IMG/VR virus record: IMGVR_UViG_3300035099_000117
Location: 1 to 53,236 of that record
Strand: one strand, 5' to 3'
DNA: 53,236 nucleotides
DNA from: a virus
Lineage: Duplodnaviria > Caudoviricetes
Shown: piece after piece, positions 19,561 to 29,315 of the stretch
Layout: every line of letters begins with the position of its first letter
Position numbering within the stretch: the first letter of the stretch is position 1
Notes under the pieces: generated by a model
What the model saw: only the letters and a program-made list of their open reading frames with translations
Told to the model about the DNA's origin: nothing
Databases searched by the model: none
Made by a program: the position numbers and the translations under genes

Positions 19561-20691
19561 TCAGCCTCTCATCCCTCCGCTCATGCCGGGATGCACCAGC
19601 AAACCGCCACCGCCGCCCGCGCCATCGTCAACTGAACTGACGAAGAGGCCCATCCAAGGTCGCCGTGTGGTCAGACTATTGTTCCAAGCCCCGCCATCGA
19701 CCCGGTAGGCGTAGTGGAATTCCACGCCTCCAGCGCAAGCCATAAAGTGATTGGCGTCGGCCACCTCGAATGATCGTTGGTAAACATCCGCTACCGCTTG
19801 AGTGGGTTTTACGGCAAGATAATATTCGGTATCCTTAGCGAGGGAAATCTCAGAAGCAAACGGAACGAGGTTCATTCGTTGGTTGAGTGTATAGGCGGCA
19901 TTGGCATCTATAGAGACTGTTCCACCCTCCATTGGCGTCGTCCCCTCGTAGAGGACAATATCGTAATTAGCGGTGTTGACGTTTGTTCCGTTGTGAACCC
20001 AACAAGCATCAACTTTGACAGGAAACGGGAACTTGAAATGCAGGGCAACCTCGTCTGGATCACTGGTTGACCTGAAGCTGTAGGTGATGAGGTTGGATGC
20101 TGGCAAGGCGCCATACAGAGTCCCGAACGTCCCGTCGGCAAACTCTAGGATGCAGTTCACCTGGACACTCTGTGCTGCCCAACCAGTCGTGTAGAGGGCG
20201 CTGGCACATTGGTGCAGCTCCATATAATTATTGAGATTAAGGCCGGAGATTACTACGGAATCCGAACCTAAGCGCCCGCCAGCGTCATATTCAATTACCA
20301 GCGACAGGAGTTCACCAAATGCCACAGTGCGGCTGGCGCTCAAAGGGTTTGTTCGATACCAGACGTTTGAGGTGAATCCAGCATCGCTATTGGCAATCGC
20401 CACAGTCTGATCCTGCGTGCCGTCAGGTTGGATGGGTGGCCCGGCGGCCAGGTTTACGTGCTGCAAGGAAACCGTCAGGCCACTACCTCCAGCTTTTGTC
20501 ACCGCCCCAAAGCGAAAGCCGACGCGCGTGATGGTCTTGCTGGCCCGGTCTTTGTTCCAAACTCTCCCGGAGAAGGCGACTTTTTCCCCTGTGGCATCAA
20601 TGACGAGGAGGTTGGAAAATGACGGATCGCCAGCATTGGGCAATGGCCCCGGGATCATCAATCCTGAACCGGCAAGTCGTTGCCAAGCCAT
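19561..20691 (-). CDS. Beta-rich virion/fibre protein
   Basis: 376 aa, lower-GC codon usage, two jelly-roll-like halves, GGGGGLLVHPGMSGGMRG tail. Confidence 0.6.
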   Translation of the reverse strand: MAWQRLAGSGLMIPGPLPNAGDPSFSNLLVIDATGEKVAFSGRVWNKDRASKTITRVGFRFGAVTKAGGSGLTVSLQHVNLAAGPPIQPDGTQDQTVAIANSDAGFTSNVWYRTNPLSASRTVAFGELLSLVIEYDAGGRLGSDSVVISGLNLNNYMELHQCASALYTTGWAAQSVQVNCILEFADGTFGTLYGALPASNLITYSFRSTSDPDEVALHFKFPFPVKVDACWVHNGTNVNTANYDIVLYEGTTPMEGGTVSIDANAAYTLNQRMNLVPFASEISLAKDTEYYLAVKPTQAVADVYQRSFEVADANHFMACAGGVEFHYAYRVDGGAWNNSLTTRRPWMGLFVSSVDDGAGGGGGLLVHPGMSGGMRG

Positions 20692-20927
20692 TAGGCAATC
20701 ACCTGATTCAGCAAGCTCGCCAAGGTCGCTCCCTGGCTCAACCGATAGCGCGCCCAGGCCAAAACCAAGGCGGCTTTCGGGCCGTAATCGAAGCTCTCGA
20801 ATGCTTGCCGGAGTTCATCGAGCGAGATGTTCACCGTGCGCTCCACGCCATCTTCGTCAATGGTGAGCCGATAGTGCTGGCACGGCGCGGGATTAATGCG
20901 CACCGCATTCGTGATCGACAGGCTCAT
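20691..20927 (-). CDS. Hypothetical protein
   Basis: 78 aa, GGAGG RBS, TAATG coupling to the next gene. Confidence 0.6.
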   Translation of the reverse strand: MSLSITNAVRINPAPCQHYRLTIDEDGVERTVNISLDELRQAFESFDYGPKAALVLAWARYRLSQGATLASLLNQVIA

Positions 20928-20963
20928 GCTAAATCGCCTCCATCCTCAGCGCCTCTCCAGCGC

Positions 20964-21281
20964 TTAGCTGATTCCCTGAATCTGCGCCACCGTCAACGCC
21001 GGACTCGCATCCGCCGCCGATTTGCGGACCCGCAGCCAGCGGAACGGGGTGGTGATCGACACGTAGCCGTCCGCCGAGATGTCCGAGCCGACCTTCAGCG
21101 TCCCGTCCCCGGCGATAGGCGTGACCGCCGCAGGTTTCGCGTAGGTGTTCGAGACGTAAATCTGCGCCTTGTCGTTACCCGCAAATCCGAAAATGGCTAT
21201 CGTGTACGGCACCAGAAGATTGTCAACCTGAATCCACGTCCCCTCGCTTACTCCGCTGCTCGACAGAATCTCTTGGTTCAT
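20964..21281 (-). CDS. Hypothetical virion protein
   Basis: 105 aa beta-sandwich-like (PFRWLRVRK). Confidence 0.6.
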   Translation of the reverse strand: MNQEILSSSGVSEGTWIQVDNLLVPYTIAIFGFAGNDKAQIYVSNTYAKPAAVTPIAGDGTLKVGSDISADGYVSITTPFRWLRVRKSAADASPALTVAQIQGIS

Positions 21282-21293
21282 CCTGCACCCCCG

Positions 21294-21428
21294 CTATTTG
21301 CCCGGAAAATACTTCAAGCGATCAACGATGTTTCGATGATTGCGCAGCATCCAGAAAGGCTTACGCCAGAAGAGAGGACCCCAATCCCTTGTAAACCTTT
21401 TCACGGCGACGCGCTTGGCTTTATTCAT
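21294..21428 (-). CDS. Small basic hypothetical protein (44 aa)
   Basis: Hand translation MNKAKRVAVKRFTRDWGPLFWRKPFWMLRNHRNIVDRLKYFPGK; ATGA-coupled to the portal stop. Confidence 0.45.
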   Translation of the reverse strand: MNKAKRVAVKRFTRDWGPLFWRKPFWMLRNHRNIVDRLKYFPGK

Positions 21429-23971
21429 GCTTTACTCCACTGATACGTTGACTCGTCCTGAAAAATCTCGATTAGCTCGCCCCGGCACATCCGGCCCCCT
21501 TCGCAATCTTTCCCCGGCCACCAGTCGATCTCGTCCAGGCTGTAATAGGCGTCGCCCTTGCCTTCAAGACAGGGATCGCAGGTGCGGTCGTCGTCGAATT
21601 CGTGCCGATACCACATGCGGATTTCCGGCGCGAGCGTCGCGTAGGCATCGAAGCGTCCCGCCTGGATGGCATTGCGCGAGGCGCGCAGCGCCGCGTTGTC
21701 CAAAGCGCCGTCCGAGGCTCCGGCAACATTCTCGACGACGAAGTCGGCGAGCGGTTTGCCCGTGAGCCCGCGCTCCAGCCCCGTCACGGTGAAGCTGTTG
21801 GCCAAGCCGATCAGCCAGCCCTGACTCTGAGCCACGGCGAGCGTGGCAAGCTCTTCGGGGGTTCTGGTGACGGCTTTCTTTTTCTCTTTCGCCTCTTCTT
21901 CCAACTTCAGGCCGCGAAGATTCAGCACTTCCGCATTGCGTCTCCGGCCCGTGGCCCGCCAGCGTTCGCTGAAGACCCGCTCCCGGCCGTAATCGGCGTT
22001 CCGTTCGAGCAGCGCCGCTATCTTCCCAGCGGCGTCCCTGTCATGTTCCAGCGCCAGGCCGTGCCGACGGTCGGAGCGGTCTATCGGCAGCAGCATCCGG
22101 TGCAGCTCGTCAAGCCACGCAGATTTTCTGGAGCGTAGAGTCTCGGCCACGCGCCGTGCCGTGCTCTCAGCTTTGCTGGACTGCGCTCGCAGATTGATCT
22201 TGTTTTCACCCACGCGCGAGTAGGGCGGGAACTTCGCTGCTTCCGTGAGGCGCATCGTCAGTGCCGGCTCTTGCTTCGGCATGCCCCCAGTAGCCTGCTT
22301 CGGTATCTCGCCGCCGCCAGCAGATTCGTCCGGTATCGTATCTTCCGGTGCATTCTCCGCCTCTCGCACCGTCTGCGCGATGGCCCGGAAACGCGGACGC
22401 GCCTTCTCCTTCGCCGGCAGCCCGGCCAACTCCAGCAGCTTATTCTCCAGCGCGTCGCTGGGCTGGATGGCATCCGTGTTGTCCTGCATCAGCCAGCGTA
22501 TGGACTCGAACAGCTTGATGGGATTCAGCACGGCGATCTTCGCCGGTTTCAGCAGCGGATACGGCATCCGGTCAATGCGCAGCGCGTGCGGCAGTTCATA
22601 GTTGTAGTCCACCAGGCGGCGCACGACGGAGAGGTTGATCTCTTCGGCGATCATCTCGGCCACGGAGTTCTCCGCCAAATTGAAGAAGTCCGAAAGCGTC
22701 TCGCCCGTCGCGTAGCTCCCCGTCACCTTCTCAGCCAGATGCAGGAAGCCGGCCAGCACGTTCATGTAGATTTGCGCGGCGTGGTACCGCATCGACTCCA
22801 CCACGTCGTGCGTCTGCCCCTCGACGCCCTTCAGGCCGAACTTGAAGCCGGGCGGGCAGACGACGCCCATCGCCTCGTGCGCCGCCAGCTCCGTCACGTA
22901 TTTCCTGGCCGCCTCGATGTCTTTCGGGCTCGCCCCTTCCGGCACCTCGAAGTAAGGCACGCCGACTGCGTTGTGCTCTGCGGCGATGCCGTTGATGCGC
23001 GTCAGATTATCGAGGAAATACCAGTCGAGGAAGGCCGAGCGAAGCGCGCTGATGCCGTAGAAGTTCGCTCCTAATTTGCCGAAAGTGAACGTGGTCAGCT
23101 TCTGAGCCGGGACGATGACGTTGACGTATTCGTTGCGCCGATAGCCGAGCTGTTCCAGGGCGAGCAGAGTCATGCCGTCGTAATCCACCCACCACCGGTA
23201 GAAGGTTATCGGCAGGCGCGGGGCCAATGCGCGAACCCTCACGCGGCTGCCGTCCACGGCCCAGAGGATCTCGTGCGCCGCGCAGCCGTAGAGCAAGCAG
23301 AGCAGCGCGTTCGAGATCACAGACTTGAACGTCTGCGAGGCGTAGCCCCCGGTGCGCATCGGCGTCTCCAGGCCGCCGAACACGTTCTCGCGCACCATGT
23401 CGGCGAGCTCGACGGCGAATTCGTAGCCCGGTTCGTTCGGATTCAGCGCTGGCCTCACCTCCCATTCCGCCGTCTCGATGGGCAGCCAGCAGGCGCGCAG
23501 CGAGGCGCGCACGGGCACGGAAGTTCGAAACATCTTGTCGTAGTACGGCAGAGCGTTTCGCCCGATGAACTGCGCGTTGTATTCCTGAAGGTCGGTCAGG
23601 AACCCCGCCGTGAACAGCGTGCCCACCGCGCCCAGAGTCATCGTCGTGACCGGACGTTCAGGCCGCTCGGTCGGGGGAGCCATGGGGCGCGAGCCCGTAG
23701 GCGTGAGAACGGGCCGGGCCGCGTCGGGGATGCCTATCTCGCCGCGCGTCGGGCCACCGGGATACAGCGGAGTCTCCTGCGTCGGGGGAACCGTGGAGAT
23801 CGAAGGCAGCGACTGGTCGGGTGTCAGCCGCGCATAGACACCATCGGCAAGAACCGCATATCGACTGATCTTGCCAGTCAGTTCCCCCTGATCATTTCGC
23901 AGCGGGATGTCGATGAATCTGCCGGGCTCACGCGCTAGAAAACGACGCCAGAAAGGTGTGCGTCTCGCCAT
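21425..23971 (-). CDS. Portal protein (Mu gp29/DUF935-like) fused to a MuF/gp7-like head morphogenesis domain
   Basis: LLYGCAAHEILW, NFYGISALRSAF and GSYATGET portal motifs; C-terminal DDRTCDPC...CEGGRMCRG. Confidence 0.85.
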   Translation of the reverse strand: MARRTPFWRRFLAREPGRFIDIPLRNDQGELTGKISRYAVLADGVYARLTPDQSLPSISTVPPTQETPLYPGGPTRGEIGIPDAARPVLTPTGSRPMAPPTERPERPVTTMTLGAVGTLFTAGFLTDLQEYNAQFIGRNALPYYDKMFRTSVPVRASLRACWLPIETAEWEVRPALNPNEPGYEFAVELADMVRENVFGGLETPMRTGGYASQTFKSVISNALLCLLYGCAAHEILWAVDGSRVRVRALAPRLPITFYRWWVDYDGMTLLALEQLGYRRNEYVNVIVPAQKLTTFTFGKLGANFYGISALRSAFLDWYFLDNLTRINGIAAEHNAVGVPYFEVPEGASPKDIEAARKYVTELAAHEAMGVVCPPGFKFGLKGVEGQTHDVVESMRYHAAQIYMNVLAGFLHLAEKVTGSYATGETLSDFFNLAENSVAEMIAEEINLSVVRRLVDYNYELPHALRIDRMPYPLLKPAKIAVLNPIKLFESIRWLMQDNTDAIQPSDALENKLLELAGLPAKEKARPRFRAIAQTVREAENAPEDTIPDESAGGGEIPKQATGGMPKQEPALTMRLTEAAKFPPYSRVGENKINLRAQSSKAESTARRVAETLRSRKSAWLDELHRMLLPIDRSDRRHGLALEHDRDAAGKIAALLERNADYGRERVFSERWRATGRRRNAEVLNLRGLKLEEEAKEKKKAVTRTPEELATLAVAQSQGWLIGLANSFTVTGLERGLTGKPLADFVVENVAGASDGALDNAALRASRNAIQAGRFDAYATLAPEIRMWYRHEFDDDRTCDPCLEGKGDAYYSLDEIDWWPGKDCEGGRMCRGELIEIFQDESTYQWSKA

Positions 23972-23980
23972 CTTGCCCGA

Positions 23981-24010
23981 ATAGTAGGACTAGGCAATTG
24001 ACGCTGTCAA
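23981..24010 (-). promoter_or_regulatory. Sigma70-like promoter upstream of the portal gene
   Basis: TTGACA-18 nt-TACTAT, ending 9 nt before the portal ATG. Confidence 0.5.
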
Positions 24011-24537
24011 GCAATCTTTTTTTTGCGCCACCGCCGAATCGCGCTCCGCAGGCACGCCACGGGATACATCAGCGCCGCAGCGAACAGCCCGAGGACCAGG
24101 AATGCCAAGCACATGGCCTTGCCGTACCAGGGCAAATCTCCGAGCGATCCGTTTGCTTCTTCCTTTCTCGGCGGAAGCCCCTGCTTTTCCTGCCAGAACG
24201 GGCAGAGCTGACAGAACTCGGCGCGCGGCATTACTTCCCGCATCTGCTCGCGCACCGCCGCGTTTTGCTCCGCCTTCACATAGTCCAGCAATTCTGGGCA
24301 GCGGCAGACGAGAACCATCATGGGCGGGCCTTGGAGCATCGGCATCTGCGCCATCAACTGCTTCTTCGGCGTGCCGACGAGCAGCGGGTCTTGGGCAACC
24401 TCGAACGATTGCAGGCTGATCGCGACACTCACTATCGCCCGCGGGAACAGCCATTCGCAGCGGCTCACTTCCTCCGCGCTCCGCGGCCTGCCCCACAACC
24501 AGGACAGCCTTGTAAAGTCAAGGTTCTCTTCTGTCAT
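24007..24537 (-). CDS. Hypothetical membrane protein
   Basis: 176 aa with Cys clusters and a C-terminal TM helix (AMCLAFLVLGLFAAALMYPV). Confidence 0.5.
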   Translation of the reverse strand: MTEENLDFTRLSWLWGRPRSAEEVSRCEWLFPRAIVSVAISLQSFEVAQDPLLVGTPKKQLMAQMPMLQGPPMMVLVCRCPELLDYVKAEQNAAVREQMREVMPRAEFCQLCPFWQEKQGLPPRKEEANGSLGDLPWYGKAMCLAFLVLGLFAAALMYPVACLRSAIRRWRKKKIA

Positions 24538-24734
24538 TATATCTGTTCCTTTGTCGGTTTCAATGTATCAATCTCAGCTTCGCGACCACCTAGGACTTCG
24601 CGTAATCGACGGTCTAGTTGAGCAAGTGAAATCTCAAGAACACCTAAGGCAGCCGGCGCATATTTGCAGCGCTCTTTAATCTGAGTGTGAAGCGTCTCTA
24701 ATGTCTCGCTTAGTTCCTCTGTTTCCTTTGGCAT
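24537..24734 (-). CDS. Hypothetical protein
   Basis: 65 aa, GAGGAGG RBS. Confidence 0.5.
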   Translation of the reverse strand: MPKETEELSETLETLHTQIKERCKYAPAALGVLEISLAQLDRRLREVLGGREAEIDTLKPTKEQI

Positions 24735-24746
24735 AACATCGCCTCC

Positions 24747-26366
24747 TCAGAAATTCATCTTGCGGAAGCTCCCGTGCTCTAGTCTGCGCTCCTCGGGCCG
24801 CGCCTGGCCGACAACCACCTCGGATGCTGGCATGGTTGCGGTCATCCGCCCGAGTTTGTTCAGCGCCTGGCTCATGGCGTCGGCGCGGTCCCAGAGCCCC
24901 GACTTCTCGCTGTAGCACTTGCAGACTTCGTCGATGAAGTCGTTCACCCAGCCGTATCCAGGCATCTCCGGATCGGGCAGATAGACGTTCCCCGCCTCGA
25001 TGTCCCGGCTCGCCGCGCTCAGTCGGGCGGGCTTGCTGCCCTCGGCCCGCACCGCGATCAATCGCGGAACGACGCCGTGAAGCTGCGCGATGACGGCTGG
25101 GCCGTTCGCGGCATCTTCGACCCAGCGCGCTCCATCGCGCGGATATTGCTTGTCCCAGAGCTGGAGCTTCCGGCACGTGTTCGGGAAGTCCAGATGCTCG
25201 TGGATCTCTTCTAGCAGATACTTGTTGGCTCCTTTTCTGCGCCAGCGCTGCCCGGCCACGTAGCTGCTGTCCGTGTGCGCCTTGAAGCTCATGTCCCAGC
25301 TTTGCACATCTTCGTCGGCCTCAGTCTGATTCGGCAGCACGGGCATAATCCCTTTGGGATCCGGGCACCAGTCGAGTCGGTAGAAGCGGAACCAGGCGCG
25401 TTTGACGATGCCGCCGCCGACGGGCGACGGCGACTGCTGATACTGGCTGTCATAGCCGCGCCGCCCGAGCACAGGGATCTGAGCATGGAGTCTGTCGAGC
25501 GCCCAATAAGTCTGATGGAGCGCCTCGCCCTGCTCGCGCACGTATGTCTTCCCCGAGCGCGGGAAGATGTACGTTCGCTTCTCGGTGGCCTCCGCCTCCA
25601 GCAGCACGTGCGTCCAGCGGCCCGGCTCGGTCTTCAGCAGCCAGTTGCTCAGGTCCTTCTCGTTCACCTGCTGACAGATCACGACGATGGCCGCACGTTC
25701 CGGATCGGTGATGCACTGCGGGACGTTCGCACGATAGGCGCGCACGTTCGCCTCGATTGCCGCGTCGTTGTCCATGTCGTCGCGCGAGTGCGGATCATCG
25801 ATGACGATTATTTCACCCGAGTGTCCAGTGACCGAGCCCGTCAGCGACGCCGAATACATCACGCCGGTGCGGTCGTTCTCGAACTGCGTCTTCAAATTCG
25901 CGTCTCCGCGCAGCCGGAACTTGCGGCCCCAGCGTTCCTGAAACCATCGGCTCTGAATCAGATCGCGACGCTTGAGCGAGTGCTCGGTGGCGAGCATGGC
26001 GTCGTAGCTCAGATACATGTAGCGCAGCGCCGGCTGTCGTATCCAGCTCCAAACGGGCCAGTGAATCGCGGCGCAATGCGACTTCGAATGACGCGGAGGC
26101 TCATTGACGAGCAGACGCTTGATTTCGCCCGCCGTCACCGCCTCCAGATATTCGCAGATGTAGCCGATGTGCCAGTTGTCTTTGAACACCGTCTCCGGTT
26201 CTAAGACCGGCCAGGCACGAACTATGAATTCATGAAGACTGTTTTCGCACCGCTCGGCGTCTTTTAGTTTGCGCTCTTCCTCATCGTCCGGGCTGAGCAC
26301 GCTGAGAACGTCCCGCCCTATCTGCGCGACGGCCCCGCCTGCCGTGTGATGATTGGGTTGCTTCAT
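24747..26366 (-). CDS. terL: Terminase large subunit
   Basis: PPRHSKS Walker A, IIVIDDPH Walker B, SQYQQSP, and nuclease motifs SWDMSFK / VEDAANG / DRADAMSQAL. Confidence 0.95.
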   Translation of the reverse strand: MKQPNHHTAGGAVAQIGRDVLSVLSPDDEEERKLKDAERCENSLHEFIVRAWPVLEPETVFKDNWHIGYICEYLEAVTAGEIKRLLVNEPPRHSKSHCAAIHWPVWSWIRQPALRYMYLSYDAMLATEHSLKRRDLIQSRWFQERWGRKFRLRGDANLKTQFENDRTGVMYSASLTGSVTGHSGEIIVIDDPHSRDDMDNDAAIEANVRAYRANVPQCITDPERAAIVVICQQVNEKDLSNWLLKTEPGRWTHVLLEAEATEKRTYIFPRSGKTYVREQGEALHQTYWALDRLHAQIPVLGRRGYDSQYQQSPSPVGGGIVKRAWFRFYRLDWCPDPKGIMPVLPNQTEADEDVQSWDMSFKAHTDSSYVAGQRWRRKGANKYLLEEIHEHLDFPNTCRKLQLWDKQYPRDGARWVEDAANGPAVIAQLHGVVPRLIAVRAEGSKPARLSAASRDIEAGNVYLPDPEMPGYGWVNDFIDEVCKCYSEKSGLWDRADAMSQALNKLGRMTATMPASEVVVGQARPEERRLEHGSFRKMNF

Positions 26367-26743
26367 TATATGCGCGCCTTCAAACGCTCAAGAGAACAAG
26401 GCGCCCTGCCACGAAGGGCTAGCTCATCCAACACGCAGTGCTCAAACATGTATGTTCGCTTTTTGCCTTGGATTATTATCGGGACAAAACCTACCAGTTT
26501 TCCATTCACCCCTCCGCGCAAAATCTCCCATTCCTGATACCCGAATCGCTCGCACAAAGATTGCACCATTTCGGATTTCGGATGCCATGCATCCGCCAAT
26601 TGTTGCCGTTCTTCTGCCAAAAATAGCCATCTGGCATCAAATAAGAGACTACGAAGTGGTCGCCCGATCCAACGCCATAAAAATCTGTATGCGCCTTCAC
26701 GTGATTCCCCGAATACACGGCACAGTTTCCACAGGGTTAGCAT
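26366..26743 (-). CDS. Hypothetical protein (AT-richer insert between terS and terL)
   Basis: 125 aa, AAGGAG RBS, TAATG coupling to terL. Confidence 0.5.
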   Translation of the reverse strand: MLTLWKLCRVFGESREGAYRFLWRWIGRPLRSLLFDARWLFLAEERQQLADAWHPKSEMVQSLCERFGYQEWEILRGGVNGKLVGFVPIIIQGKKRTYMFEHCVLDELALRGRAPCSLERLKARI

Positions 26744-26760
26744 ATTAGTCTCCTTGTTTT

Positions 26761-27426
26761 CTATTCAACTTTCTGCGGCAGCAGCGCCACCGGCCCCTGC
26801 GTCAGCTTGGCGAAGCCCTCGGCTATCGCCCGCAGCGCCTGCTTGTCCTTCACGTGCTCCCGCACCAGATGCGCCATGCCGGAGAAAAGCACCTGGGCTT
26901 CGGTCAAGGTAACGATCTCCGCCGACTGCACTTCATGCTTCCTGATCGAGTCTATCAGCCGCCGCCGCTGCTCGATGACCTGCATTATCTCGCCCCAGGT
27001 CTGCCAGTCTGCCGCACCCCGCTTGATCCTGTCGCCCAATTCGTTCAGTGTCACCGAGACCGCGACCTTGTCCCCACCGCGCAAAGCTTCCTGGAACTCC
27101 GCGAAGGCTTTCTGGACGTTCGCCCACAACTGCCCGGCCCCGGACTTGTCCACGCGCTCGATCAGTTCCAGAAGCCGAGCCTCGATCAAGCCGACATCCT
27201 TCTCCAGTCTCAGCAACTCCGGATCCGACATGGCCGCGCTGAATCTTCTGCCCAGGCCCTGCGGCATGTACTTCGAACGGAGACCACTCTTCCAATGAGG
27301 CGAGGCAATCCCTTTCAGATTCAACCCGCCATGGAATTTACACCGGCCATTGGCTAGCGCCCAGGCACGGCAGGATTTCCCCTGGCGATTCTTTGCCCCG
27401 CACCGTTTTGGTGACGACGCCAGCAT
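26761..27426 (-). CDS. Probable terminase small subunit with HGGxSTG-type zinc domain
   Basis: CGAKNRQGKSC...NGRCKFHGG followed by a helical region; upstream of terL. Confidence 0.7.
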   Translation of the reverse strand: MLASSPKRCGAKNRQGKSCRAWALANGRCKFHGGLNLKGIASPHWKSGLRSKYMPQGLGRRFSAAMSDPELLRLEKDVGLIEARLLELIERVDKSGAGQLWANVQKAFAEFQEALRGGDKVAVSVTLNELGDRIKRGAADWQTWGEIMQVIEQRRRLIDSIRKHEVQSAEIVTLTEAQVLFSGMAHLVREHVKDKQALRAIAEGFAKLTQGPVALLPQKVE

Positions 27427-27475
27427 GGGTTCAGGTGAATGTCATGAGTTTGCGTGATTCGATCCGCGCCACAAG

Positions 27476-28411
27476 CTACCACTGAAGTCCTTTGCTCATC
27501 CACTCCCACGTCAGTCGCAGCGACTCTTTCGGCGGAATCTTCGGCTCGTAACCGAGAATCCTCCGAGCTTTCTCGTTCGAGAAGCATTCACGTTGACCCT
27601 GCTCGCCTGGCCGGTGAGGCACGCGGATGACTTCGGTTCTCTTGCCAGCGATCTCGAAACACCATTCAAGGATCTCATCGACGCGGTGCTCTTCTCCATA
27701 GCTGATCTGGAATTTCTCGCCTGCAACGTTTTCGGCATCGGCGTGAATCACCCGCATCCAGCCGTCCACCACGTCGCTTATGTACGTGATGTCTCTCGTC
27801 TGATCGCCCCCCTCCAGAACGCAGGGAAGTCCACGCAAGACGTTCTTGAACCACTTGAAGATGAAAATCTCGCGGCGCATTCCCGGCCCGGTCACGATTC
27901 CGTTGCTCATCACCACCACGGGAAGATCGTAGCAGCGGCGGTAAGCCCAGAAGTAAAGCTCTGCGCTGGCCTTGCTTGCCGAGTAGGGATTGTGCGGCGT
28001 CAGCGGGTGCTCCTCGTCTATCGGCAGATACAGCGGACGTCCGAATTCGTTCCCCGACCCGGCATAGATGATTTTCTGCGGACGCGGACGCGCGTCTTTT
28101 ATGGCTTCCAACAGCGCGCAAGTTCCATAGACGTTCTCCCAACACGACCACAACGGAGACGAATGACCCATCGGGACATCGGCCTGAGCCGCGAGGTGAA
28201 CGACGACGTCCTGGCCGGAAACATCTTCCGGCCTCAAATCGTGGACGGATTTCCAGAGCCAATTGATCCTGTCAACTTCGTCCGACTGCAGCAAAGTGTT
28301 CTGATTCGCCCCCACGACATCGACCGCAGTCACCTCTGCTCCCTCTGCCAGCAGCCTGCGCACCAATCCCGATGCTCCGAATCCCGCCGCCCCAGTTATC
28401 AGAATCTTCAT
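27476..28411 (-). CDS. NAD-dependent nucleotide-sugar epimerase/dehydratase
   Basis: MKILITGAAGFG Rossmann motif, VVVHLAA, catalytic YSASK, GDQTRDITYISD. Confidence 0.92.
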   Translation of the reverse strand: MKILITGAAGFGASGLVRRLLAEGAEVTAVDVVGANQNTLLQSDEVDRINWLWKSVHDLRPEDVSGQDVVVHLAAQADVPMGHSSPLWSCWENVYGTCALLEAIKDARPRPQKIIYAGSGNEFGRPLYLPIDEEHPLTPHNPYSASKASAELYFWAYRRCYDLPVVVMSNGIVTGPGMRREIFIFKWFKNVLRGLPCVLEGGDQTRDITYISDVVDGWMRVIHADAENVAGEKFQISYGEEHRVDEILEWCFEIAGKRTEVIRVPHRPGEQGQRECFSNEKARRILGYEPKIPPKESLRLTWEWMSKGLQW

Positions 28412-29313
28412 GTCTCGGCCCCCTTGTTTTTCCATCGTTCGACGAGCTTTTTCAGCCTGTCGCTCTTGATGTCGCGCACAGCGACGAGTTTCATGCCGTA
28501 TTCGTTCGGTTCCTCGCCGACAACCACTCCCGGTTTGAGTTTGAGCGGCGTGTCGAATTTCCTCCACGCGTCGCGCACGACGTGTTGCGGTCTCTGATAT
28601 TTCCGCCGCGTGGTGACTACTCCTGGCCACAAGCGCTCCAGCGAGCGCGCCATTCGGAGCCGACCGTCACCTTGATATAAAGTATCCGTGTTCCCGCCTT
28701 TCACGGTCATCGTTCGCAGCTTCTTTACCAAAAAAGCTTCCATCAGAACAGTGCACCAACCGCCCGCCAAAACTTGCAGGCACATGTCCGTGTCCTCGTT
28801 GTATCGGCCCCGCCACTTGTACGGGATGGCATTCAGAACGAGCGTGCACGAATAGACGTGGTGATTCAGATAGAACGGCGGTCGAGCAGTGTCGATGGTG
28901 ACGTAGAACATGTCGTAATCCAGTCCGGCGATGGCGACGTTTTCGTAGCGATCGACGAAATCTTCAACCGCCCGCAGGGCGACGCCAGCGACACAGGGTA
29001 TCCGTTTTCCGCCATAAACGCGCATGAACCCTATCATGTTGTCGTCCAATTGCCAGTGGCGGATGTTTCCAGCCGCCGTCGAATGGTCTTTGATCCAGTT
29101 CCGCGCCGGGACGACAGAACCCGCGTCTCTGAACGGCAATATCAGCACATGCTCGGCTCCGAATCGATCCGCGTACGATGCTGCTTCTTGCGGTTCCACG
29201 ACCAGACGAAAAGGGACTTCGTCTTTCACAAGCACCCGAGCAGTATAGCAATGTTCCGCGCGGCCCCTTGAAGGGATGTAGACGGGATAGCGCGGCATGA
29301 TTTTCTCGGTCAT
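28408..29313 (-). CDS. GREB1-like / TET-associated (TAGT) glycosyltransferase, putative DNA base glycosylation
   Basis: YPVYIPSRGR, VVEPQE, ARNWIKDHS, HWQLDDN, WRGRYNEDTDMCLQVL and KGGNT motifs. Confidence 0.85.
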   Translation of the reverse strand: MTEKIMPRYPVYIPSRGRAEHCYTARVLVKDEVPFRLVVEPQEAASYADRFGAEHVLILPFRDAGSVVPARNWIKDHSTAAGNIRHWQLDDNMIGFMRVYGGKRIPCVAGVALRAVEDFVDRYENVAIAGLDYDMFYVTIDTARPPFYLNHHVYSCTLVLNAIPYKWRGRYNEDTDMCLQVLAGGWCTVLMEAFLVKKLRTMTVKGGNTDTLYQGDGRLRMARSLERLWPGVVTTRRKYQRPQHVVRDAWRKFDTPLKLKPGVVVGEEPNEYGMKLVAVRDIKSDRLKKLVERWKNKGAET

Positions 29314-29315
29314 GT

